Below are positions 21,428-35,181 of a stretch of 64,000 nt of DNA, piece after piece. A program made the translations under genes and the position numbers. Origin of the DNA: Schmidtea polychroa (taxonomy: Eukaryota); NCBI GenBank assembly GCA_044892525.1, contig CM097886.1, forward strand, positions 66,340,001 through 66,404,000, read 5' to 3'. The first letter of the stretch is position 1, and each line of letters opens with the position of its first letter. The notes below the pieces were generated by a model. The model did no database searches. It worked only from the letters and a program-made list of their open reading frames with translations, and was not told the origin of the DNA.

Positions 21428-22924
21428 TCAAAGGCTGATCGTTTTGAAGACGTTCATACCATCCAATGCAGTACTCAACAGCAACCCTGGGATTTGTGGA
21501 TGCCAATGGAGCTCTTTGATTTCCTTCTGTCCCATGTGATTAAACAGCAGATGAACGGGGAATTCCTCTGAGCCCTGCAACTCCCCGGCATCTTGCTCCA
21601 TACTGATATCCCACAGTGTCAATTGATCATCGTCAGAACTGCACGCAAACACATATTGGGATTGAGGGCACCATTCGATAGATGTGATTGGATAATCCCT
21701 GTGATACTAATAACCAACCGTAAACCCGGTATAATTTACAACAAATCAACTCACGTCATACAAATGTGTATAAGCTGGCTGTGTTGTGCTCTTGAACATT
21801 CGTAAATCCCACACTTTCACAATGCCATCATCTCCTCCCGATACGAGGGAGAAAGCACAATTCTTTGACCAAGATATTACATTGACATCCTTGGTATGAG
21901 CGTCTGCCATCGTTACGTGGTGCTTCATGTCTCGGGCGTCCCAAACAAGAATGCTTCTGTCACTGGAACAACTGATAAGAATATTATCTTGATTCGGAGA
22001 CCACTGAATGTCTTCTACTGAAGAAGTGTGTTTGGATAGCGGTTGATTGATAACCTCAAATCCGTGCTCCTTTGCCTGGGTTACATAGATTTTACCATCA
22101 TTATCGCCTGTAGCTAATTGTCCAATTTTACAATTAGACCAATCCATTGCATATCCTTCTGTTGAATGATTTCGAATGGTATAAATAGGCTTGATTAGTT
22201 CATTTCGACCCATATAATCTGCCATGTATGCACTATCATTAACAGCCCATAATTGATTTTTTAAATCCCATATGTGAACCTAAACAATATTGAAACAAAC
22301 TTCATAAATGTATTGCTCATTACCTGCCCAAGATCTGACCATGAAGCTGCTACAGGATTATTGATCTGTTGGGTTCTGACCCGATTAACTCCACCATTGT
22401 GCAAGATATTAACGTGTGTTAATTACCTTTCATCATCTAAAAATTCATCTTCACTTTCTTCTTCTGATTCTTCATCACTTTCGGTATTTTCCTAATTGAA
22501 TGAACAGTGAAAATTATTATGTTAAATTTCATATTAACTTTTTGTTTTAATTTTTGCAAATTACTCATTTTCATAACAGTCAAAATATTGCTATGGCCTG
22601 CTGCATCTTCGCGGCCAGATATTGAATAAACTGTGTATGGGAATTTTTCAGATCTTTCTTCTCCGGTACCCAAGTTATCATTTATAATATCGAAACTTAA
22701 GCACGAGTGATCAAGTTTTAGCCTATGATGCAAAACATATGCAGATTCATCCATTTCTAACTCAGTATCATCATCGATTTTGTGTGTTTTGGGATTAAAA
22801 ACTTCTGATTCTATTTTAAGTATTTAGTAATTAAAGTAATTTACAAATTTCTACCTTGTTCGTTATCATCTAGTTCCATTTGTTCATTTTCACTTTCAAT
22901 CATTGCAACATTATCATCACTCAT
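21428..22924 (-). CDS. GRWD1: Glutamate-rich WD40 protein GRWD1/Rrb1, 5 exons (22855-22924, 22539-22810, 22324-22491, 21755-22279, 21428-21706), one in-frame TAA at 22423-22425
   Basis: [17 protein letters not shown], acidic tract, [51 protein letters not shown]. Introns of 44, 47, 44 and 48 bp. 438 codons in total. Confidence 0.93.
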
Positions 22925-23767
22925 GGTAAAAATTTAAAAAAATAAGAATATTAAAACAATATAACATTTAAACCTTTTACCTTTAATTTAATAATTTTTA
23001 AATTAATATTTGTAGGATTACAGATCAAAACAATTTATAAGGTAAACGATTAATTTTTATATATGTTATTCAAATAAATACTTAAATAATTTAAAATAAG
23101 TATTTCATTTAATTTTCAAACTGAAGAAAGTTTGATATTTAAAATAATATTGTTTACAATATGTAAATACAATTTAAATCAAGCACTCAATTATTGCACT
23201 TTCATTATTCTTTCCATGTATGAAATAGTGAGTTAAAATTTCGCCTTAGACTTAAATTTTAATTATTAATTATCGTATCCCTACACTCTCACAAAATACA
23301 TTTCCATTTGCGTTGATCATGTGCAGAACCTCTAAGAATCTTGAACTAGGGTAAACAGTGTTGACGCGACTACTTAACTTAATGTTCCCACAGGCTGGTG
23401 AAGACCAGTAGAAGATTTCTGTATTGTATAGTCCATATTTATACCTTGGCCTAAGAAAATACCTGTTTAATTCAAATGAATTTAATCAAAAATTTTTATC
23501 TGGTGAAAACTATCAAAGATGTTTGTTGTTCAAAAACTGCGAAAAATCCCGTTGTTTATCCAGCGCAATATCTCAGCATCAGAAAACGATAAAAAATACA
23601 CAAAAAATAGGCCAAGAATCAGAAAAATTAGGAAGTGTAGGGCTAGATAGTGCGAGTAAAGACGGATTATTTTGAAATTTTAATTAAACTTTTGTAATGT
23701 ATTAAGCTCCTAAATATTAATTTGGAAAGTTAAAACTGCGTTCAATTTTCCCAACAATGAATAAAAT

Positions 23768-23984
23768 CAGTGGTCTTCAAACTTCAAAAGCTCGCGGAAC
23801 TCTTATGTGAAATATAGATTTTATAGATTTTATTTAAGTTTTTTATGATATTCTTGAAATTTTTATTTATGTTTTTTTGGTGAGAAATGAAGCAATTTCT
23901 TTTAAATTATTGATTTTTTTTGGAACCCCTTAAGGGTTTTCATGAAACCCTAGGGTTCCACAGAACACAGTTTGAAGACTACAA
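23768..23984. mobile_element. Degenerate hAT-type MITE
   Basis: Ends CAGTGGTCTTCAAAC ... GTTTGAAGACTAC. No clean target-site duplication. Confidence 0.6.
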
Positions 23985-26592
23985 AATTAGATTTTTATTA
24001 TTTTTATTTTTATGATGAATAAAGGTCTCATAAATATGATTGAGTTTAGGAATATCTAGTATTATATAACATTTCACTTGGACTCGAGTTAACCGACATC
24101 CCATATAGACGACGACGTCCTTTTCAATTTGGATCAGGTTCTAGCAGAAGCCGAGGCTAGATATGTGTGACATTTCGACCTTCGTGTCTTTAATATTTTG
24201 ATTCTATCGACATTGTTCTGTCTCGTATACTTTGTTTTACTTGTTTATTTAGTTTTGATAGAAATAATATGACATATGAAATTTATTTAGTTATTTTATA
24301 ATTCAATTCTAATTTCCCAGGTCATGAAAGGTTTTGACATTTGTGAAATCCACTACCAATATAAATGTTATTAGAATAAGTTCCCACGTTCACCTAGACT
24401 TAGGGTCTTAATAAATTCTTAATCGTATCGAAACAAGAGACCTAACATTTTCTACCGGTCGTTCAGATTACAAGATGAGTATTAGTTGAGAGTAGTCTTG
24501 GTTACTGTCATGTAATTATAATGGGATATTTGATTTCCTTAACCTCTACTCTATATTATGTAATGCCTGCATGTGTGATTGATCATATTTTATTGTCTGG
24601 GTTATCAAATTATGTCACTGTTTATTATTTCCCAATAAGCTATTTCTGATTGTTTTGGTGTCCACTCACCGAACACTATAAATAGTACCACAATTTCCTA
24701 AATAAAGTTTTTGGAATTTCTCAAGTTATTGTTGTCGAACACGCTTTCAACTCAGGAATTATTATTGACAAAGGTATTTTCAAAAATTATTGCTCGTGAC
24801 GCCATGTTAAATATATAACATATATATGAAAGAAATATCTACAAAACTGATAAATTAAATTAATTAAATGAACTCCAAATTGAACTCCGTATTTTTAGTT
24901 AAGTTTAACTGTTTATTGTATAATATTTTATAATTTATATTTTAAAAATTGATATAAACAGAAATATACTGAAATTTTGTGTTTTTTGAAATTTGAATAT
25001 AATTTTAGATTTTTTTTTTTAAATTTTTTTTTTAATAAGTTGGACTTATAATTCATTACATAATGAGTAATTTAAAACCAAAACCTGGTGTCTAACCGAA
25101 ATAACGCTATATATAAAACAAGAGAGAAGCAAAATTATTTTCAGTTCTGGAAATAATCAAAGTATCCATTAAATCAAGTCAAGATTACTTTGGAATTAAA
25201 AATACATTCGGTAGAACTAAAATAATTATATTGACAAGTATAAGCGTGGGAAGTTTTAAATAGAGTTTTCATTCGTGTTAGCTACAAGATGGAAGAGTTA
25301 TTGGAAAGTTTTAAGCTGTTATTAAAAGTAATTTCATTTTAAACTTGAATCTAAAGATCATTTTTGTAGCGCGAATTTTATTGAAATGAGGAAGTCAAGC
25401 AAATACAAAAATTTGTAAGAGACATGATTTCACTTCAATCAAATAGTTGCCACACACAGTAAGATATTTTGGTTAACCCTTTTGTGTATGAATAGGGATG
25501 AAATTTGGGTAATGAAGCCATTTGTGTGAAATTAGACAGAATTTACATAGAATATACTTTTCGAGTTGAGAACTGAATAGCATTTTCCATTTTGCTTTTT
25601 TATAAACTCCTAATATTTAGGTTAAACACACAAAGAAATCCCCGACCACACCATCCATTATCAGAATTAAAGGGATCTGGAATATTATCTTCGCAGACGC
25701 TTTTACGCGCAACGAAGCTTGGTTGCTCTCAGAACTTTTATTAAATCTTGAGAGTCCAAACGAGCAGATTATTTAGCATTAAAGATACATTCTGATTGAG
25801 TAGGTTCGTGATTTAATTCATTTTCTTATCTGATTAGAGTGATTATAAGACTTAATGATAACTCTTTAAGTATAATAAATTCATGCATCATGTCATAGTT
25901 ATTTCCAAATTGCCAAAAGGTAACAATTGCTGACTTAGATCAATGGAGTTTCATAAGGCTACTAACACGATGATAATTACAACGCAAAATAAGTATTCCG
26001 TGAAATTGAATGGGCACATATTTTTATATTGGTAGCTAATAAATTCAGAAAGTGTGGTACTCTACAGATGATTGGAGTTCTGACCTTTCCATGACTTATC
26101 TATTTGGTATAGTACTGATATCTCTTGTTTGTGAATGTACAATGGGCATTCGATGCATAGTGCTTAGTGTTTTGAAAACTATGCTTTTGTCAGTAACCAT
26201 ATGTAGTTAGATCAATGCCCTAAACCACCTTCAACAGATCGCGAAATAATTATAAGAAATAATTTTAACCAAATCAAGTTGATCTTTTTGTTAAAAGTGG
26301 TGAACAACTGTTTATATGAAATATTTGTAAATTCTTAAGAAATGAATAACATTAGTAATTTCAAATAAAATCTATCAAAAAATGTTTAAAAAATTTTAAA
26401 TGTAATAATTAAAATAGAGTTGCTATATTATAGTACACAAGAACTTAAGTTTGTTAATACAGTATATAAAATAAAATAAGTATATAAATTGATTGTAGTT
26501 GTGTCATTTTAATTTAATTTTAAAAAACTTAACACTAATTATAAAAGATTGTTTAAATATTCATTAAATCTTCGAAAAAATTCAAGTTGAAT

Positions 26593-28300
26593 ATGAAAGT
26601 TAAAGATGCAAAAATATCTACAGATGTGGATTCAAGTAAATTTGATTATTATTATTTATTTAAAAATATATTTTTTAAAACATATTTATATATTTATAGG
26701 TAATTCAAGCAAAATTAAAATGGTAAAAAATTTAAACAGTAAACTAGATTGTAAACCTAACAAGAAACTAAATAGTTTTAAAAAGAAAAAACTCAAAAAT
26801 ATTCAAATTGAACCTCAAAATCAAATATTGATAAAGGATTTAGAAAATTTATTGTCTAAAAAAAAAGAATGTACTGAGACGGATATCGAGAAATTATTCT
26901 CAATAATGTATTGCCATTCTGAAGTTGCATCAATTTATTGTTTTCAAATTGAAAAAGGAATATTGGAATTTACTGATAGTTCATATTCTCTTAAATGTAT
27001 TCAACTATCTGCATTATGCATGAGCAGATTTGTTAATATAAAAAAATCAAATGGAGCCCAATTACTGCAAAGAGTTCTTAAAACACTGTTGAATATTGGT
27101 AAAGAATATTTCGATTTCTTTGATATTTCATCAAATCTAATTGAACTAAACTATGATTTTACAGTACCTCTTATAAATTTCCCTGAATTGGTTATCAATA
27201 ATGACACAATCCCGATTTTAATTAAACGAATTAATTTTCTTTTCTACGTGATTTATTTTATATTTGATGTTAAAAATGAATTATCTCTACCTAATATTTT
27301 CGAAGATTTAATTAAAATGTTTATTGCATTTCTATCTATCACACCCGATGAGCTGTTATGCAAGAAAATGCAAGAATCTTCAATGATTTTGTCAATTCCA
27401 TATACTGTCAATTCTAATTTATGGAAAATACTTGATTGTATATTTTTATCATTGGGTTTTAATAATTTTGAATATGTTCCAAAAATGTGCGGGATTATTA
27501 AATTATGCCTTTTGGATGATTTAATCGGAAATGATTTATCATATCATTTGTATATTTCCAATATGTTAGTGTTTTTATCCCATATAATCGACAAAGGAGG
27601 TGTTTTAAATCTGTCATCAGTGGCCCCCTTGATTATGTTGATTGTTCAAAGGATTGATGCGATTGTCAGTTTAGCTTGTACAAATAACCAACAAAATATT
27701 CTCACTTTATATTTACAAGTTTTGAATAAGTTCCTATCACATTATCGTGATAAAAACGTTGGAAAATGTATAGTGAATTTGGAAGGATCACTCATTCATA
27801 TTAAAAACAATCTCATATATTTAAATAGTAAATCAATCTATTCAAACAACGAATTCAAGGTCGAATATAGGCTGTTCTTAAATTCTTGTAAACTGTGCAT
27901 TCACAATAATTTCCATGAGCCTGAGATTTTATTTGATTATTTCAAAACCGAGGATTCAAATTATCAGAATAAATTAGAGGGTGAAATTTTGATGGAAACA
28001 AACAATGAATCACACGTTAATGATATTGAGCTAGAGGATCATTTAGAAATGGAAATTGAAAAGATTACTGATCAATATATCGAGGAATGTGAAGGCAATA
28101 TAGAGTTTCCTCTTGTTGAAGAAACCCCATCTTCTAATTCTATTCCAGTTCAAGAAACTGATGACATCTGTGAGATCATAAATCCGATGGCAGTTAACGA
28201 GGAGAAATCTGATTTACAAACCGATTCGAGTCAATTACAACTGAACGATTCGAAAGTTATGGATTTAGAAGAGATGTTGAAATCTTTTGTTCCAATTTAA
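26593..28300 (+). CDS. ~547-aa helical protein with acidic C-terminus, possibly PELP1/Rix1-like; exons 26593-26635 and 26700-28300
   Basis: 534-codon open exon. A 64-bp GT-AG intron joins MKVKDAKISTDVDS in frame. Leu-rich helical body, acidic tail ending DLEEMLKSFVPI. The family assignment is by resemblance only. Confidence 0.75.
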
Positions 28301-28619
28301 AAATATATATTTATATTTATTTTTCTTTGTTGTATTTTATAAACAATTTCTTAATGCTTAGGAAATTTCAATAATCAACAGTTACTAGATGATAAAATGA
28401 ACTTTACATCACTGCTTCATGAAATGGATACTGCCTCATTGGTCATATAAAGACCAGAAATCAATGGCGTGAGATGAATATGAAGGTCCTGCAACTATCG
28501 CAAATCATTGTTTAATAGTAATCATCAAGGTCTAACTCGAGTTTTTGTCGTAAATTATTTTAGATGAAAATGACAAAGAGTAATTGCATATGAATGAACA
28601 AACACAAAGTAGACTATTG

Positions 28620-28830
28620 CAGTGGTTCTTAAATTTTTTTCTGTATTGCGACCCCAAATTTTAAATTCCGTCTTTTGGCTACCCATAACCTATATATTTT
28701 TGAAAAATAATCGTTTTTTCAAAAAAAAGGTTAGATAGATTTTGGATAAATTTTAGCGTGTTGTTTTAAATTTTGGAATTTTCGCGACCCCATGAAAAAA
28801 TCTAACGACCACTAGTTTAAGTATTATTAG
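28620..28830. mobile_element. Degenerate hAT-type MITE
   Basis: Starts CAGTGGTTCTTAAA, with subterminal GCGACCCC repeats near both ends. Right terminus decayed. Confidence 0.5.
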
Positions 28831-28844
28831 ACATAAAAAGGTTT

Positions 28845-29900
28845 AAACTATGGACAGACCACAAACCAATAACGTTTATGTTGAAGACCAAGAAGCCAAT
28901 CACACCTCACTTTCAAACATGAATCATCCAATTAAGTGTTCTGAACATTGAAATGGAATAATGTAAAGGTGAAACGCATTCTAATGCAGATGCGCTATCG
29001 AGAACTGAATGTGAATTGTGCATACAATGTCAAACGATTCATGAGAAACCAAAAACAAAGATCTAGCACTCATGTGTCAAGAAGATGGAAAACTGTGGCA
29101 GCAAGATTCTAAAGAACTACAAAGTAAGAAAAGAGATATTCTAATTTTGAAAGAAACAAAATTTTTAGAAAGTAATGACATTATTCATTCAAGCAAAGAT
29201 AAAATATGGATTCCAAACGAAAGAAAAGAAGAATTTGTATTGTCCACTCATAAAAATTTGTGTCATGCTGGGGTAAAAAAGTTCATGAATATATTTCTAG
29301 GAAATTTGACATCAGAAACAGACAGAAATTTATTAAAGAAGTAGTCGGATCGTGCAAAATTTCTCAAAAAAGAAAGGCTTTGACTACACGAACAGCAGTT
29401 AACCATTTAAACCAACAGAATTTTATTTATTAAAATCAATTTTCATTGACTTTTCTGGCCCAATGAAAACTGCCAGTAGAAAGAAGTATATTTTGGTAAT
29501 TATAGACCAATCTAGTATATAAATTTCTTGATATGCAGTTTCTGAGCAAAATGAAAAGACAGTTGCAACAATTTTTAACGAAAAATGGATTTTGAAATTT
29601 GGTGTGCCAAGGAGTATTCATTGTGATACAGGGAAAGCATTTAAGTCAACTTTATTAAATGCATTTGCAGAGAAACATGGGATTTATTTAGTATATTCAA
29701 GTCAGTATCATCATTAAGCTAATGATAAAATTGAACTCCAATTTAGAATTATTAAAGATGCTATCCAAATTTCCTTAAATGAAAGAACGGACAAAGACTG
29801 GGTCAAAATACTTCCTTAAATTTGAATTTATTTTGAATGGGACAATTCAGAAAACTACTCATTTGAGTCCTGCACAAATTGTTTTTGGGGTAGGAATGGA
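28845..29900 (+). mobile_element. Ty3/gypsy pol remnant (RNase H end plus integrase), with stops and frameshifts
   Basis: HSNADALSR, THKNLCHAGVKK (HHCC region), IDFSGP, WILKFGVPRSIHCDTGKAF, HLSPAQIVFG. Confidence 0.88.
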
Positions 29901-29999
29901 AATTAGAAGGATTTCCACTACTAACATCGAAAAATAACTTAAAGATATCAATTATAGCCAAAAAACTGGAAAATTAAGTTAAAATGGAGAAATCCATCA

Positions 30000-30330
30000 T
30001 GGACGCCAAGTGATTTAACAAAGTTAACAAAAATGAACATCCAATAATTAAAATAACAAAAAGTAAAAAGAAATAACCTAAGAATTAAAAGAAAATGATA
30101 ATTGTGCACAAAAATCGACGAAAATAACAGAAAATAGTCTAAAGTGCTGATGTCAACCAGAGCGGAAATTTAATCAAAAATTAATAAAATATAAAAATCA
30201 GAATATAAACTTAATTTTTATTCACGAGAAAACGCCATCCAAAACTAAGTAGAATAAAAATAATTTAAATTTGTTTTACTGAATCCATGCACACACACAT
30301 ACTCGCAAACCAAAATTAGGATATATATAT
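30000..30330 (+). mobile_element. Module E: A-rich tract ending in the family promoter-like motif
   Basis: CTCGCAAACCAAAATTAGGATATATA (30302-30327) versus CTCGCATAAAAACAAAATTAGGTATATAA (54488-54516). Confidence 0.45.
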
Positions 30331-31476
30331 ATATATATATATATACAGATGCATTTTTGTCACAATTTAATCCAATCAAGCTAGTCTAAGCTATTTTGAA
30401 AACCAAGAGCCGAAAAATTCTCTTTTAAACTATTGTTTATGCCATTTGAATAGTGAGTGGATGTTGTTTTGTTGTTATCATATTTATATAATATTTTGGT
30501 TAATAGATTTGTTAGACGGGTTTTAGCTTTTCAATCATTTTCTATAGCGGAATCACTCTAACTCTAGATGACCAAGCTTATTGTGAGTTTATCGACCCCA
30601 CAACCAGCTACTACCACAAGGAAATAAGCTAAAAATATTACCGGGAGTGATGGTGGTACTGCGCTGTGTATCGGAACAGTTTTACTACTCTGTATATCAG
30701 GTACTCTGCGGCTACCATGGTAAATAATGGATATCATTGACGTTGAAACAGGGGACTTTAACTTCATACGTGGCTCTGAGGTCACCATATAACATGAAGA
30801 ATTCGCTGTACTGAGTTATGTAGACCGGTGAGACGAATAGTTTTATTAATTAATTAATTATCTATAGTGCAAGTTGACCACACATTGAAACTCAATCTAC
30901 AATCTATGAATAGGACACTAAGAGTTCGTTCCCCAAACGTCCAGTGGGCTGAGGGAAATGAACGGATAAACTCCATCTACGTAAAATCATACAAAAACAA
31001 AATCACAATTAACTACGTTGAAATTCTTAAAACCAACAAAATGAATTAACTAAAATTAAAGGAGATATCTGTCCAAATATTCTATCCTACCACATGCTTA
31101 ACCGTCCAGGAGCTAGGGTTTACAGATTTTGATAAGAAGGCCATTTACGATGATGGATAAATAAACTGATAAACTGCATATCATTAATTATATGGGTCGA
31201 ACTCATAAAACTATATACTTGACCTTTCAGTCGATAATTATTTTACAATAAATGTACAGAAATATATTATTGAAAAATTAAGTTGTAAGAACAAGAAAAA
31301 CCTTGATTATAATACCATAACGTTTAGTGGCCAAAAATTATCTTGCATTTTAATTAATATTGATTAATAAAAATTCTCCTGATTATATTGATATAATTAC
31401 AAAAGAAAAATTATTATTCTAATTTTTTAGTGAAGCATCAATTCATTTTGAGTTGTGTAATAGAAATAAATATAAA

Positions 31477-31686
31477 TGTTACCCCGACATGGAAAAACAT
31501 GGATGATGGTGCCGTCTCAAACAGCCTTGAGCGGTGAGAACGAGCTGGGAACCCAAGCACAAAAGCCTGGAACCAGCAGCTTTTCGTCACCGACAAAACC
31601 CTTTTATACAGCAATAATTTGCCAATTATATCTAAAAGTTAACCTGAAACATTAGATCAATTACACATAAGATTAATTACATTACA
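31477..31686 (-). mobile_element. Possible small solo LTR
   Basis: Minus strand reads TGTAA...TATAAAAGG...GTAACA. No convincing TSD. Confidence 0.35.
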
Positions 31687-32172
31687 AAATAATGTTTATT
31701 ATCAAAAAATTAGAAATATCTACTTCGTGGATGAGTTTACCACGACGATGAATCGAAAAAAGATTTGGTCGAGATTCGAGATCGGAAAACAGAGACACCA
31801 GGTTCTTTCTCTTGTAGATATGAGGAGCTCCGAGGAAAAGGGCGAACTAATAAATAAATAATTAATAAATAAATATAAAAAACATAAAAAATGAAAAATA
31901 TGTAAATGCAATTTACTGTTTTCATTATTCTTCATAAAATATTTTAACTTTTTTAATTCATTGTTTACTAGATTTGTTATAATAAATCAATCTTCACAAA
32001 TTTTACAATTCATGCCAATGAGTTTTTAAATTTTCTTATTTTTAACATTTCAATTTATCTAAATTACAAAAATTATTTTCCTATTTAATTTTGAATAATT
32101 TAGATATTTTTTAATTGATAATTTAAACTTATGTTAAGTAAAACTTATAAAAATTATTCGCTATAATTTTAG

Positions 32173-32537
32173 ATGGAGGCTATAGCTCTTCATGACTTTG
32201 TTCCTACAGATTCTGATGATCTAGGATTTAATAAAGAAGCTATAATAAATGTAAGTAAATCATTAATTTTATATAATTTAATTTACTAGTTGTAGATAAT
32301 AGATATGGAATCTGATCCAAATTGGTATCGAGCGGAATTTAAGCAAAAATCTGGACTGGTTCCGTTTAATTATATCCGGCTTTTACCTAATCCATGGTAC
32401 TTACCAAATTGCAGCCGCCAAAGAGCAGAAGAAATATTGCTAGAAAATACTGTGACAGGTATGTTTGTACAACCTGATGGGGCCTTTATATTACGACGAA
32501 GTGAACTTCTTAGTAATGGATTTAGTCTTTCCGTGAA
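32173..32537 (+). CDS. GRB2: GRB2-like adaptor, coding exons 1-2 (32173-32250, 32296-32537): N-SH3 and start of SH2
   Basis: MEAIALHDF..NWYRAE..GLVPFNYI; WY..SRQRAEEIL..DGAFILRRSE..FSLSVK. 45-bp intron. Confidence 0.9.
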
Positions 32538-34199
32538 GTGAGTATTTTAAATAAAAATTTATATCAAATCATTCTCAATTGAATTCTGAATTCCTTATAT
32601 TACCATTTTATTTATATATATATATATAGCATTATAATTATTTTTAAATTTTAACTAAAATAAATTAAAAAATTATCATAGTTAATAAACAATTTAGTTA
32701 ATTCTATAATGATCAAGAAATAATAATTACTAACCTAGTTAGTAGAAATTCACATACTAAATCGGATACATCATGCTTCAGTCGAAAATCAATGCTCTAA
32801 TATACTTTAAAATAAAATCATATAAAATTTAAATTTAAATTTAAACTTAAATTGGTTAATTATTGTGGTTAATTGTGACTACTCGAGTCTGTGTGCGCAC
32901 ACTTCTTCTTCCCTTTATGCAGACGCGAGTTCTGGAAATTCAATCTATTTCTATCTTGGAAATTTGACCAATATCGAATATAGGTCTTCTTTAATGATTT
33001 ATTTAATTAATTAATTATTCTATTATTTCATTTTAATAACTTTAGTTAATTTTTAATTTATTACATTTTATTAATTAATTATTATTTTATTTTAATGACT
33101 TATTTTTTTAATTAAATTTTTATTTTTGGTTTATCAAATTTTAATTATTAATATTATTATTATAATTATTTATTGATATTTTTATTTTTATTACTTATTT
33201 ATTTTTACTTTTTTAATGAATTTTTAATGAATTAATTTTATTTATTTATTATTATTTTTTTGTATATTTATTTATAATATATTGTAACAAGATCGTAAAT
33301 TATAGCAAAAATATTTCAATTAAAACAAAATTTTGAGTAGTAATTTTTCGATTTATTATAAAATAACGCCGAGCAACTTTTAGATAAAATGGGTAATAAT
33401 TAACAAAAATAATAATTCTTACTCAAAACTAATTATCTAAATTTGTTTAAATAAACAAATAAAAATTAATCGGACAAATGAATTATTAAATGATAAAACA
33501 CATTTTAATTAACTAAATAAAATTATTCACAATATATATTTCGTTATTCACATAGATTGCACATTCAATTATTAGAAGAATCATTGTTATTTCGATTTGC
33601 ATTAATTTCTTGGCAACAGTTGCGATAGTGACCGTAGGCATAGGTTTCATTACAATTGAACCGATACATTTTATCATCCAAACCAGAGGCTCCCAAACAT
33701 TTTTCTCTCGTAGACCACTTGCAATGTTTTCCGGTTTGAGGTAGACTCCCTGCTACTGAACGATTTACATTTCGAACTGTAGTGAAGTATAGTGGGAAAA
33801 AATAAAGAAACATGTTAGGTTTTATACATTTATTAATTAAATTCAAATTCAAATTATGTATCTGTTAGGGGTCATTGCATAATTATGTCACGCCAAAAAT
33901 GACCATTTTCATTTCAATCTGATCTTCTAACCATTTGTACACAGAAAGTATCTGAGATAAAGCCAATCCATATAAATTATTAACATCTTGGTACGTCATT
34001 TAGGTTGACTTATCTGCCTCAACATGTATTTTAAAATACAAAAATTTGAAGATTAGATAGTAGATGTGTGTGGACTCCAGCCCAATAGAAATTCTCCACT
34101 CTAACAATTTATTTGGGCGAATGGGGTACTTTTTAAATTTTGTTTTAATCGGTGATTACGTCATCGATTTTCATTTTTTAAGAACTTTTTATATCTATA

Positions 34200-35181
34200 A
34201 AGGTAACCCCCGTTCACCGCGACTCCGGTGAGTGCGAATTCGTTATAACTCGTGTTATGTACATTTATTCGGAAGTTAAGACGCTCTGTAATGCTTTTTC
34301 CATTGAAGTGTTATTTTTACGTCCGAATACCACTTCCATCTTACAGCCTATGGATCAAGGCATAATATCAGCTTTCAAAGCTTATTATTTAAGAGAAACT
34401 ATGCGTCAACATATTAATGAAACTGATGGAGGTGGTAAAGATGCCATGCGGCTTTGGTGGAAACAATTTAATATTATGAAAGCCATCAGAAACATCGACA
34501 AAGCGTGGAATGAAGTTACCCAGTCGTGTATGAAGGGTGTTTGGAAACGATTGTTCAGTGAAATTATAGAAATTCACTGCAATTATGAAAATAGTATTAT
34601 CGAAGAGCCTAGGCGTCTAGCCATTTCCAGAGGCATTGAAGGTGTTGATAAAGATAATTTTCATACTTTGTTAAAATCACACGGGATGCCTCGAATAATG
34701 AAGACCTACAGGGAATGGACTGTCATACACTTCTAGAAAATGACGTATTCGAATCTATTCCAGTCAGAAATTTGACTGTAAAAATTATCGAAAAGGCTCT
34801 TTCTCTGTAAAATCAACGCATGGAGTTGTTAGAAGAAAACGATGAAGATTACGAGCGAGTAAATACTGTCAAACGTGGCTGTAATGAATTGCTTGATGGT
34901 TATTGGCAAATTTTGCGCAATAAACATAGAGAAGCCAAACAAGGGAATCTAGATTCCTTTATACAACGTCGAGAAAAATTAATAAATTATTAATTTATCC
35001 ACTGTATTATTTTTTAATTCCTAATGTTATTTGCCTTATTATTGTTCTAATGTTTATTTAATAAATATTAAGTTTTTCGAGTCTTTAAATGTTTTTTTTC
35101 AAAAATCGCCCGTTGATCGCGATATTTCGCTTAACGCGATCTTGTCCAGAACGTATCCCCGCGTTGAACGGGGGTTACCTG
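34200..35181 (+). mobile_element. Internally deleted Tigger/pogo DNA transposon with DDE_1 transposase fragment (34257-34736)
   Basis: TIR (C/A)AGGTAACCCCCGTTCA(A/C)CGCG at both ends, TA TSD. FLRPNTTSILQPMDQGIISAFKAYY. Confidence 0.92.

Noticed and set aside
14365-22425. TAA reassigned to a sense codon (in-frame TAA in MANF, GRWD1 and two cargo ORFs)
   Set aside because: The 534-codon AT-rich exon at 26700-28300 and the 175-codon GRWD1 exon contain no in-frame TAA, which a sense TAA would make very unlikely. TAA also ends the IAP just after its RING.
23636-23648. TGTAGGGCTAGAT as a fourth family terminus
   Set aside because: Two mismatches in 13 nt is within chance for both strands of 64 kb, and no promoter motif follows.
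25850-26250. Possible L1/Tx1-like non-LTR remnant (EGGLG motif on the minus strand)
   Set aside because: A single short motif among many stops is not enough support.
26606-26699. Track start of the 564-aa ORF
   Set aside because: It reads through a 64-bp GT-AG intron. ATG 26593 on a short upstream exon splices in frame.
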